DNA from: Nemertoderma westbladi
Lineage: Eukaryota; Animalia; Xenacoelomorpha
Length of the DNA stretch: 64,000 bases
Assembly: GCA_032718475.1 (NCBI GenBank)
Contig: JAUCBJ010000368.1
Coordinates: forward strand, 1 to 64,000
Direction: 5' to 3'
Within the stretch, counting starts at the first letter, position 1. Every line of letters begins with the position of its first letter. The notes below the pieces were generated by a model. The model did no database searches. It saw only the letters and a list, made by a program, of their open reading frames with translations, and was not told the origin of the DNA. This document shows positions 54,170 through 64,000 of this stretch, one piece after another. Both the position numbers and the translations under genes were made by a program.

Positions 54170-57100
54170 ACACTATGGTGGACTTGATAGAGGAGAATCT
54201 TGATCTACTCGAATGGAGAGACTGGAGTAGACTCGCGAGATCTACTTGAGAGATACGCAAGATCTACTTGAGAGATATACTCCAACCTCTACAAGCGTTC
54301 CTCGATAGTCTATTAAGCGGTGATGTTAGTAAACAGACTGCGGCTGATGATGGACGCTACATTGAGCCACCAATGAATGAAGAACAGCTCCAGCGTGAAT
54401 AAGATTATTGAAAATTCACCTTGCGCTACACTCATCGAAATGGTACGTATATGGACTTCTTAACCACTGGACACCCTATTGATCTCCACGACCAAGACGA
54501 CTTGGACGCAGAAACTGAGATGGTTTTATTTAGATTCCATGCACAAAGTCAATGTAGTGATAAACCATTAATCAATCATGAGGCATCCATTAGAGACAAT
54601 CTTGAAAAGGAGGACATTGAAGAACCCGATAAACGCACAAACTTTTATGAATATTTTGAATTTCTTTGAGAAACATATTTAAACTTTGCGATCCAACAGG
54701 ACTTAGAAACTAGATATCGTCAAGGTATCCATTCATATCCCATGATCGAACTCAAATGATTATACTTTACTATGATGTATTTAACAGCAAATCGACCGCT
54801 ACCAGTTGTACCAGACAGTTTTGAACAAATGGAGGAATACTGTAAGACGGGAGAAAGGTCACCATCATTTCACTTACAAGATGTTTGTCTTTGGTAAAAT
54901 TGCGATGAATGCCCTAGACCAACCAACAAGTAGAGCATTATAAATACCCACGGAGACGCTGCATTAAACATAGTTTCACGTGTCACACTGACGTCAACCT
55001 CGGACACATGTATTCTCTACAGGAGTTTTTAGGGGAAAAATTCTGATGGCAGGAAGAGGGAAAATAAAATAGAGGAGAAGCATATCGAGATGGATGAGCA
55101 AGAGGAAGCGGCTGTAGCGCAACCAGAAGCGCAAAAACTCATGACCGACCTCTATTCGAAAATGGTCACTCATCCCTCAATGATTCCCCAGTTTGGAGAT
55201 CACCTATTCGCTACCGTTTAACCTCAACCAGTCAACACTGACTTTCATTCCCACAAGCTTATTGCTGATGCTCCCATGTTACAGCGCTGCCGATTGAACC
55301 TGCTCGTGTGGACAGTGTACTAGTTGAGCCCCCAGACAATCGGGCCAACCTCATTAGTCGAATGGTACACGAGGTTAATCTTAGGGCTCGCCCCTTATGA
55401 AACTCATTTTATGGGATTAAAAAACATCCTTACTATATCCATTTAGCATAATACTATATGATAAAGACAGAAGACCCCATGCATAGTTTAAAATTCCTTC
55501 CTTAATAAATCCCCTTGATTTGGAAAAACTAGAACAACTTCAAAATCACATCGACCAACTAGTCAAGGCAAACTCATTTCGAAAACCTTATAACATTGCT
55601 AGAATTGAGAATAATGTGCTCCCTCCATATCCATTGGTACATTGGAACTTGGATGTATTATTCGTTCGAGGAAGAGCGTATCAAGTGTCTTGGAGAGGAA
55701 GCATACTATACCATACGCATACCTCCCATTACTTGAAATATAGCGATATGCCTAATGCTAGCGAGTGAGCCACACTATGGCATCCAGTACGCATGACGTT
55801 AGAAAAAGCCACCGCAGAATGGATTGAAACTCATAATATCATCGAGATGTATGGTGTTGTCACTTGTGATAACGAAGGTAGCATTCCTGTAGGAGAACTC
55901 AGAACTACCAAACTGATACATATTCGTGGATTAGCTGTATCCACTCACATCTTTACTCAAGCACGCTCGGATGAGATAGACTATTCTTTTGAGACTCTTA
56001 ACGAGATCCAAACGAGAGACTCCACAAGCTGGTCCAACATTATATTGATGGCTCTAAGCTGCCCCAACGCGTGCTCGAAATGTTATTCGATGAAAGAATC
56101 ATCAAGCTTGGATCGGCGATCTATGGAGATCTACAAAGCGATTTCCGAAATATGGAGATATACCTTATCCTTTTGTGGATACACAGTTAATCGCTCCATG
56201 GGCTGAAGGATGAGGATTCTTCCGAACGATGTATACAACTACGCTGGGTGGGATGAGTAAGGTCCAACGAACCTCCATAGGAAATATGGCTTTCCAGGAA
56301 TATGGATGGAACTTCAAAGAGGGGAACCCTCTTAGTTATCACGAGATTTATGGAGATCAATATTCTTGTTTGTATTTCGATGGACTGTTAACGGCCCCTG
56401 GCACAGTTTATAGTTTCATGAGTGTTCCCCTCTGTCCTTCCTTGGACATCTACACCATATTTGAGAACACTGCACTTTTTGGATAATTAGCCGATATGTG
56501 CAGCCAGACGATACGTTCTCATCCCCTCATCTTAGGAACTAAACTTGCCAAATTAGACGAACATAATGAGTTCATTTGACTTGAATGTTTTTGGCACTTT
56601 CTGACTCTGTTTCAGAACGTTGATAGTCAGTTTAAAGATCGCGCATTGATCAAAGTCAGCCTCTGGGACACCACTGCTGAGAAACTGGATAGTGCTGGGT
56701 TTGCTATCTTTAAAGATGTTTGCACCCAGAACGTGCATGCCTAAATCCTGCAGCGACCCAGGATACCCTTGGGATACTCAGTAATAGAAATTCAAACCAT
56801 TGACACTGGGAGAAAGACCTTGATACCTTTGGAAGTTCTACCTACCGAGGATGAACCGACATTGTCAACCGACGAGATACAACCCGCCGGACAAAGACAT
56901 AACGATGCCGACCACGTCATCGAGTAGTATCAAGGCATGCAACATCTCACAGTATATGATTACCGATATGCCGTCTCCATCGCCAGAAAGAGTTGTAGAT
57001 TGTGTGCCTCCCGGGATCATACAACTCCACAAGAATTGGGAGAGCTTTGATCTTATTTTAAAGATCAACCAGCCATGGAGATTTACTGTGCTTATTGTCG

Positions 57101-57830
57101 GATCAATAATAAGCATATCTTTGCAGTCTGTCTCCAATTTATGACTCAATGCTATTATTGCCAACTTAAGTGATTTTGGATTGCCCTTTCAGTCAAGACA
57201 TTGAGAGTGTGGATGAGTTAATAGAACTCCACTATATACGAGCATGGGAAGCTAGCACAGATATCCACTGCGAGTCACGCCGTATGTTTTATCCAGGATG
57301 CACGTACAAGGGAGTGTATGCGTTCCATCCATACCTCTTCCCCCAGGTCGAACAGAGAACTCGCATTTCCAGCTATGAATTGATTAAACGAGTTGGTGAA
57401 TGTATTTCCACAAAATATGTCAGGAAATATTTGCGAAGTATTAACCCAAACCACATTGAATCCTACCATTTAATTGGTTTTAATGGTAGAGACCCCGACA
57501 TTTGTAAGTGCCCACCCGGAGCTACAGGAAGTCCATCGATACCCGTAGGAGTACCGTATGAGAGAACAAGAGTTAGAAAGAAACATGAAACCATGGAAGT
57601 TTATGACTACTCATGGTCCACCCACGGTGGTCATACAAATGACCAGAGCGGGACCGGTACAGGCTGCTGTCCTGAGAAGGGCACTAAAGGTTGCGTGCCC
57701 TCAAGCTCTCAGGTCATCTCATAAGAATACTGACTTTGCAGCCAAGACAAAAGGGAGAAGATAATCACTGCGAGATATCTATCAACTGAGTACCTCAACC
57801 GGCGGATACACCGACCAAAACCCTATTCCT
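54170..57830 (+). pseudogene. Long decayed ORF of unknown family downstream of BEL copy 2
   Basis: One frame reads as protein from ~54271 to ~55030 with isolated stops; further same-strand ORFs at 55520, 55793, 56229, 56851 and 57170; coding-like composition; cut by the MULE at ~57831. Confidence 0.55.
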
Positions 57831-57845
57831 GGTAGGTGCTAAAAT

Positions 57846-58447
57846 GCACAACGAGCAACAATGACCAACAACGAGCAACAATGAGCAACAACAAGCAACA
57901 ATGAGCAACAACGAGCACCAACGACCAACAACGAGCAACAATGAGCAACAACGAGCAACAATGGGCAACAACGAGCAACAATGAGCAACAATGAGCTACA
58001 ACGAGCAACAATGAGCAGCAATAAGCAACAACGAGCAACAATGAGCAATAATAAAGTACAGCGACAAGTAACAATGACCAACAATGAGGAACAATGAGCA
58101 ACAACGAGCATCAACGAGCAACAATGAGCAACAACGAGCAACAACGAGCAACAACGAGCAACAATGAGCAACAACGAGCAACAATGAGCAACAATGAACA
58201 ACGAGCAACAATGAGCAACAATGAGCAACAACGAGTAACAATGAGCAACAACGAGCAACAACGTGCAACAATGAGCAACAACGAGCAAAAATGAGCAATA
58301 ATAAAGTACAACAATGAGCAACAATGACCAACAACGAGCAACAATGAGCAAAAACGAGCAACAATGAGCGACAATGAGAAACAACGAGCAATAATAAAGT
58401 ACAACAACGAGAAAAAATTATGAGCAACAATGAGCAAAAATAATAAA
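57846..58447 (+). repeat. Left arm: (AACAA[T/C]GAGC)n with AATAATAAAGTAC modules
   Basis: Seen directly. Confidence 0.95.
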
Positions 58448-59245
58448 GCGATAAAAATAACTACAATAAGTAGCAGTAACTACAATAACAGTACCAGTAA
58501 CTATAATAAAGTAACTAGAGTACACCACTAAACAGATTACACAGATACATTCATTATACTTATGCAGTATAATGTATCCCAGTAATCCCGAATATATAAG
58601 TAGGATATGATAAATAAATTCCCAACCAAGAACTTAATAAAAAATGCTTCAATACCCGCAATGTCATCAATTGATTTGTTATTTACTTTAGGTCTATTAA
58701 ATTTTTATTTATATGTTGAAGCTTTATATTTGATTTATATTTTTCTTGTGTATTATTGACCGGACCCTTATTACCTGAGCTTTTTGTGACCGGACCCATA
58801 ATCTTGTAACATGTCTTAACTTTCGTTTATTGTTTTGGTTCCCACCAACGCCAACACCTGAACACGCCTCTGTAAGCCGGTCCTTTACTAATCTGCTGCC
58901 TGCTCATTTCTGCCTTTAAATGGCAATGGGTCCGGTCAACGGGTTCTGTCAATTTAACAAAAGGTCTGTTCAGTAGACATTGCCCAGTTAGTTTTTAGAA
59001 CAAAATTTAGTACAGTCTGACAGTAGTATTCTGTACCTATTACATTTGTAGGTACCCGAATCGTGACTGTGCCAATGTTAGAATTAGGACCTACGCCTCA
59101 AACGACAGACTTACAGTAGCAACGTAATAGTGAAACCGGAAACAGACATACAAGAATAAAAGATATTAGGTCCTGCCAACCAAATAGCAATGGTACATTC
59201 TATGTTAATCACCACATTTCAGCTTCAGGAACAGAATGTAAGATA

Positions 59246-61300
59246 ATGGAATCTAAGGGGCCAAAATATTCTAAAGTTGGTGTTGATATTAATCAGGTTT
59301 ATGAGCTGCAACGGACCTACCGCAAAAATAAGGCCAATGGGTTTACGAATCTCATTGCCACAGTTCGAAAGGTATCTGAAACTAATGAAGAGAAATTCAA
59401 CCTGTTTGTTTATATTTGGTCGGACCAAGATAAAACTCATACCAAGGAGAACTCAGAAGAATTTGAACTAACACGGCATGGAAATGCAAAGACACCAACT
59501 GCTACTTCATATTACCGAACAGATCCTGGGGTATTTGAAACCGCACGCCACTCATTTAAATCTGGTATATCTGCACAATCTACTTACCAATCAATGACAG
59601 GTGAAGAAGATGTAATGGATATGTCTTCTGTTAGTACTCAGCCACGGAATCTAAAGCAGTTACATAACCTTAAACAAACAATAAGAAAGCCAAGAGAATT
59701 AGTCCACGAGGAAGGAATAAAATCAGAACTTGAGCGCCTAGTGTTACTAATTAAACAATTCCATGACTACTGCAGAAGTTTAACTGTATTGAATAATGAG
59801 TATTTGCTTGCCCTATACACAGACCAAATGTTAGTTGACATTGAACGATTTTGTGTCAATGAAAACGCAATCCTTCGTGTTGATACAACTTTTGAACTTG
59901 CAGATTCCCTTTTCCTAACAGATGCTTCTTATACAAACTTGGCATTAATCAATACAAAGGGGAAGCATCCCGAGTTTCCCGGTCCAAGTTTTTGGCATTT
60001 TAAGAAAACAGAGGATACTTATAGACGACTGGCATCGGAGCTTATAGTGGCAAATCCGAAACTTTCAGGTTTGAGAATATTAGGCCATGATATAGATGCA
60101 GCTACTGTGAATGGATTTTCCTCAGTCTTTGTGAATGCCACTAATCTCTATTGCTTGGATCATCTTGAGGAGCGGGATAAAGTAAAACTTCGAAAGTTAG
60201 GTGCTTCGGAATCTTCTATGAAACACATCCTAGCTGATACATATGGTTCTCATATTAATACTGTGCTTCAACTTGGCCTGGCTGACTCGGAAGATGTGAA
60301 TGATTTCAATGCAAAACTGCTATCCTTGGAGAGGTCGTGGAATTCTTTAGTTCCTGAATACTATAGCTGGTTTGAGAGGAAACGCTCTGAAATCTTCCAA
60401 AAGTCTGTCATTATTTCCGTGCGAAAACAACACAACCTAACCTCCCGATTTTTCCAAAATCCCCTAGAACTTAACCATAAACTTCAGAAAAAACATTTCA
60501 AGGACGGTGATGTTCCAAAAGAAGTCTCTGCAGCAACTGCAGCCTTACGAGACTGGGTTAGCACTTACAAAAGTGAGGCCATTCGAGCCTTGATCGGTCA
60601 AGATAAATATCGATTGGATGGAAGGTATGGGAATTTTTTTCGTGAGCCAACAGTTTGGTGTAACTTGGGTTATGGTAAGAAAAGTGATTTGATTAATGCC
60701 TTCTTTTCGTTTAGACCAACACCTCTTGAGTTGTTTGACAAACCTATGGGGGCAGGCAAGAAGTCTTCTTCAAAACAGCACTCCAATAAACGTGCTACCC
60801 AGCCCGAGCCTGATTTGTTTATTGATCGCGTCTCGCCAATTCCATGTAGCAGCAATCAGTCTGCGGAAATTATTAGTCTGGAACAGGGTAACTACGTAAA
60901 TGAGGAGGTTGTTCAAAGTGATCACAACTACCCAGCGGATTCCGAAGAAATTACCGCCATTGATCCAGATAGATGTGTCTCTAATCATTACCTACTTGTG
61001 TCACGCGCGGATACAACAAATTGTCCGCCCACGGTTAGCCGATGTGAGCAATGCCGTATCAACTTCTTAGACCTCACTGACAAACTGGTCGTGAAAACTG
61101 TTGGTGTTCGGGATTATTTTGAAAAAGATGGAACACCAGCCCGAAAAGCTGGCAATATCCACTTTCTTGGTCAGTGTTTAGCAAACTATGATTCGCAGTT
61201 CTCTATGAATAAAATTACTATCCATAAAGATACCAAACAATTCCTAACCAAAACTCAGCTCCATTATCTCACAATGAAAGGACTGGCGGTACCGGAATGA
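59246..61300 (+). CDS. Mutator/MULE-family DDE transposase, 684 aa, uninterrupted
   Basis: D213 (LRVDTTF), D282 (LGHDID), C303xxH306 (YCLDH), E408 (QNPLELNHK); RHGNAK...YYRT and PRNLKQ motifs; C-terminal Cys/His cluster (CEQC...HFLGQC). Confidence 0.88.
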   Translation: MESKGPKYSKVGVDINQVYELQRTYRKNKANGFTNLIATVRKVSETNEEKFNLFVYIWSDQDKTHTKENSEEFELTRHGNAKTPTATSYYRTDPGVFETARHSFKSGISAQSTYQSMTGEEDVMDMSSVSTQPRNLKQLHNLKQTIRKPRELVHEEGIKSELERLVLLIKQFHDYCRSLTVLNNEYLLALYTDQMLVDIERFCVNENAILRVDTTFELADSLFLTDASYTNLALINTKGKHPEFPGPSFWHFKKTEDTYRRLASELIVANPKLSGLRILGHDIDAATVNGFSSVFVNATNLYCLDHLEERDKVKLRKLGASESSMKHILADTYGSHINTVLQLGLADSEDVNDFNAKLLSLERSWNSLVPEYYSWFERKRSEIFQKSVIISVRKQHNLTSRFFQNPLELNHKLQKKHFKDGDVPKEVSAATAALRDWVSTYKSEAIRALIGQDKYRLDGRYGNFFREPTVWCNLGYGKKSDLINAFFSFRPTPLELFDKPMGAGKKSSSKQHSNKRATQPEPDLFIDRVSPIPCSSNQSAEIISLEQGNYVNEEVVQSDHNYPADSEEITAIDPDRCVSNHYLLVSRADTTNCPPTVSRCEQCRINFLDLTDKLVVKTVGVRDYFEKDGTPARKAGNIHFLGQCLANYDSQFSMNKITIHKDTKQFLTKTQLHYLTMKGLAVPE

Positions 61301-61908
61301 TTTTTTAGGATTGAATAGGTTTTGAATAGGTTTCGAAATGAGTTTTCAATAGTTTTAGAGTTTATTATTAGTTTAGCTGGACACCGGTTGTGGTTTTTGT
61401 TTGTTTATATATACAATAAATTGATAGAATAATAAATAAATAAATCGATTTTTTGAAAAAACGATTAGTTTAATCGGTGCATTTTTAATTCTCGGTTATT
61501 TTCGAAAAACAAAAAATTATTTTTAATTGTAATTAACTACACCACTACCAGTATTGGTTTTCGAAAATAACCAAACCAAGAGTTAACAATTATAACAGAT
61601 TAAACTAATGGTTTATTTATTTACAAGCTTGCCATCGAGAGCTTGCAATAATGGATGGATCCATTGCTATCATCAACATAATATTGTTGCAATAAATTAC
61701 GCGCCTATGCAGAGCAGCCTAATAAAGAAAAACGAAGCATTGGGCAAAGTACCGTCTGTAAAATATATGATCTGTCCAATATATATATAGGTATATATAT
61801 ATATACAAGATATGTCCAATAAATGCTCCCTATGGGGTGTCGACAGAATTTTGATTGAGTGAATTCTACGATTATGATCGGTTAATCTAAAATTAATTTC
61901 ACTGTCCG

Positions 61909-62271
61909 ATAATTGTTGCTCGTTGTTGCACATTGTTGCTCGTTGTTGCTCGTTGTTGCTCATTGTTGCTCGTTGTTGTACTTTATTATTGCTCATAGTT
62001 GCTCGTTGTTGCTCATTGTTGCTCATTATTGCTCGTTGTTGCTCATTGTTGCTCGTTGTTGCTCATTGTTGTACTTTATTATTGCTCATTGTTGCTCATT
62101 GTTGCTCGTTGTTGCTCATTGTTGCTCGTTGTTGCTCATTGTTGCTCGTTGTTGGTCGTTGTTGCTCATTGTTGTACTTTATTATTGCTCATTGTTACTC
62201 GTTGTTGCTCATTGTTCCTCATTGTTGGTCATTGTTACTCGTTGTTGTACTTTATTATTGCTCATAGTTGC
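61909..62271 (-). repeat. Right arm: reverse complement of the left 10-bp repeat arm
   Basis: (GCTC[A/G]TTGTT)n with GTACTTTATTATT modules. Confidence 0.95.
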
Positions 62272-62741
62272 TGTTAGCTTATTCAATCCCGCCAACACCC
62301 CATAAAGTTATTAGCCGATAAGCAATATTGGGAGCCACGAGATTGGGTAATTAACCAACTCGCGCCATCCCAATAAGAATGGGAAGGAAGCACACAATAG
62401 AGGGTCAGGGGCCAAACCCCTAACCCAAGGAGAACAGGTGGAGTGAACGGAAATACTCCACGGGGCGCCAACAAGGGTATTAACCAATCAGAGGGGGGAA
62501 TGGCATCGATTGAGTAGCAGTAAGGCCACCGTGCAATATAACCAATAACCTATTAATCAGTGATTCAGTTATCTCAGTGCAGCAGTGCTAGCGTAGGGTA
62601 CAGCCAATTAGTTTAGTTAGGGGATCACGGGACTTTAGTTACCGTATCCCGCCTTGTACACATTCACAACATATCTATATCTTATAACCTCCTATTATAC
62701 ACCGAACTTCAGAACTCAATTATCTTTACTTCACCCTTACA
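62272..62741 (+). mobile_element. Candidate 5' LTR of an LTR retrotransposon inserted in the MULE right arm
   Basis: Abrupt switch from repeat to TGTTAG...; ends ...CTTACA followed by CAC and TGGATAGCCGGCG (PBS-like), then a gag-like ORF. Confidence 0.55.
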
Positions 62742-62786
62742 CACTGGATAGCCGGCGAACTGTTTGAACTATGGGAGTGTGGGAGT

Positions 62787-64000
62787 ATGGGACCTAGCGT
62801 AGCGCCAGTGTACATAGGGCCATACTTGGTCGATGCCCGGGGAGTGAAACCAGTGGGTTGGAAGGGACCAGAAGAGGGCGAATCCGAGGTTAACACCGAG
62901 GATTCGGCCTCGTCGGTCGGAGAAAGCTCCGAAAAGGGGGAGAAAGTTAGTAGGTCGGGAAGGCGGGGGAAGTCCGTCGTAACCGATAAGTCTGCTACAT
63001 CCTCCGCGAAAGAAAGAGCGGTGAGAAAAATAGGGGCCACATACCGTCTCAGCATGGCAGAGCAAGGTCAGAGAGAAATGAAGGAACGGCTAGAGGAGGG
63101 AAGAGTGCGGTTAGAGAGGGAAACGGTATTGCTTAGAGAAACCGGAGAAAGGGCCGAAAGGGCTTTGAAAAGCCTAAGGGAGTATGATGAGATAGAGGAA
63201 AGGGAGTGTAGGGAGCGTGAAGCGAGAGAGGAAAAGGAACGCGAGGAGCGTGAAGCGAGAGAGGAAAAGGAACGCGAGGAGCGTGAGGCGAGAATGGAAA
63301 AGGAACGCAAGGAGCGTGAGGCGGGAATGGAAAAGGAATGCAAGGAGCGTGAGGCGGGAAAGGAAAAGGAACGCAAGGAGCGTGAGGCGAGAAAGGAAGA
63401 GGAACGTAAAGAGCGTGGGGCGAGACGAAGGGAGAGCATTAAGAGTGCCGCAGACTCGGCCATCAAGGACACCCAGGAGCGTGAGGGGATAGTGGCAAAG
63501 GGTGAAAAGGAGCGCAAGGAATTAAAGGAACGGCAGAGTGAGTATGCGAAAAATATAATTAGAGGGACGCACGAGTTGGAATACGTGCGAGTGGGACCGC
63601 CGTCTGAAACTGGGGCCGGCTCGAATATTTTTGAGGAGCCGAGGGCCGTAGATGTATTTGTTAATACTCCACTGACAGGGACCGCACGACAGACTCAAGA
63701 CTGGTGCGACCGTACGAGCGGGGGGGGGGGGGGGTAATAATAATAATAATGGTACAGTAGACGTTGTTGATATTAATAGTACCGTATGGGATAACGCTAA
63801 TCAAACCTTTATTACAGGAAATACTTTGCCTGGTGGTAGTAATTTAAATTTAAATCAGAACAATCCCAGTGTTAATGTAGAAAATAATCCTAATGTTGAT
63901 GTAGTTACGCAAAATAATTCAAATAATCAAAATAATAACTCGAATTCGGACCTACAAAATAACTTAAATAACGCAATTACACAGAATAATTCGAATAATT
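62787..64000 (+). CDS. Gag-like coiled-coil ORF with 27-bp (EKEREEREA)n repeat; probably continues past a G15 run into an Asn-rich frame
   Basis: 316-aa ORF to 63737; removing one G from the run at 63720-63734 joins it to an open frame GNNNNNGTVDVVDINSTVWDNANQTF... to the window end. Confidence 0.55.

Larger units (their letters stand above)
57831..62271 (+). mobile_element. Foldback-type Mutator/MULE DNA transposon (right end displaced by an LTR insertion)
   Basis: Transposase flanked by inverted arms of 10-bp repeats; left end GGTAGGTGCTAAAATGCAC inferred. Confidence 0.8.

Noticed and set aside
57823-58437. Hydrophobic Cys/Leu-rich ORFs (LLVVAHCCS)n, also at 61697-62305
   Set aside because: Translation artefacts of the 10-bp repeat arms, open in several frames

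Overview
AT-rich eukaryotic (invertebrate metazoan-type) genomic DNA. One host gene is supported: a 5-exon, 311-aa smoothelin-like gene on the minus strand (CDS 10502->4718, N-terminal smoothelin helix plus C-terminal calponin-homology domain), with a decayed RTE LINE in its last intron. The rest is a nested transposon and satellite landscape. It holds a decayed BEL/Pao LTR retrotransposon (~27.7-37.4 kb) that runs into a ~5.7-kb 28-bp satellite, a CRE-type non-LTR fragment, a decayed minus-strand Ty3/Gypsy element and a hAT MITE with an exact 8-bp TSD. A second BEL/Pao 3' half is followed by ~3.6 kb of decayed coding sequence of unknown family. Next comes an uninterrupted 684-aa Mutator/MULE transposase between inverted 10-bp-repeat (Foldback-like) arms, with a further LTR element inserted into the right arm. 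Most interesting: the Foldback-type MULE; the BEL/Pao post-integrase cargo (conserved non-coding module plus extra ORF); and a 2.1-kb LTR-like unit carrying an antisense zinc-finger ORF. No CRISPR array or prokaryotic system is supported.
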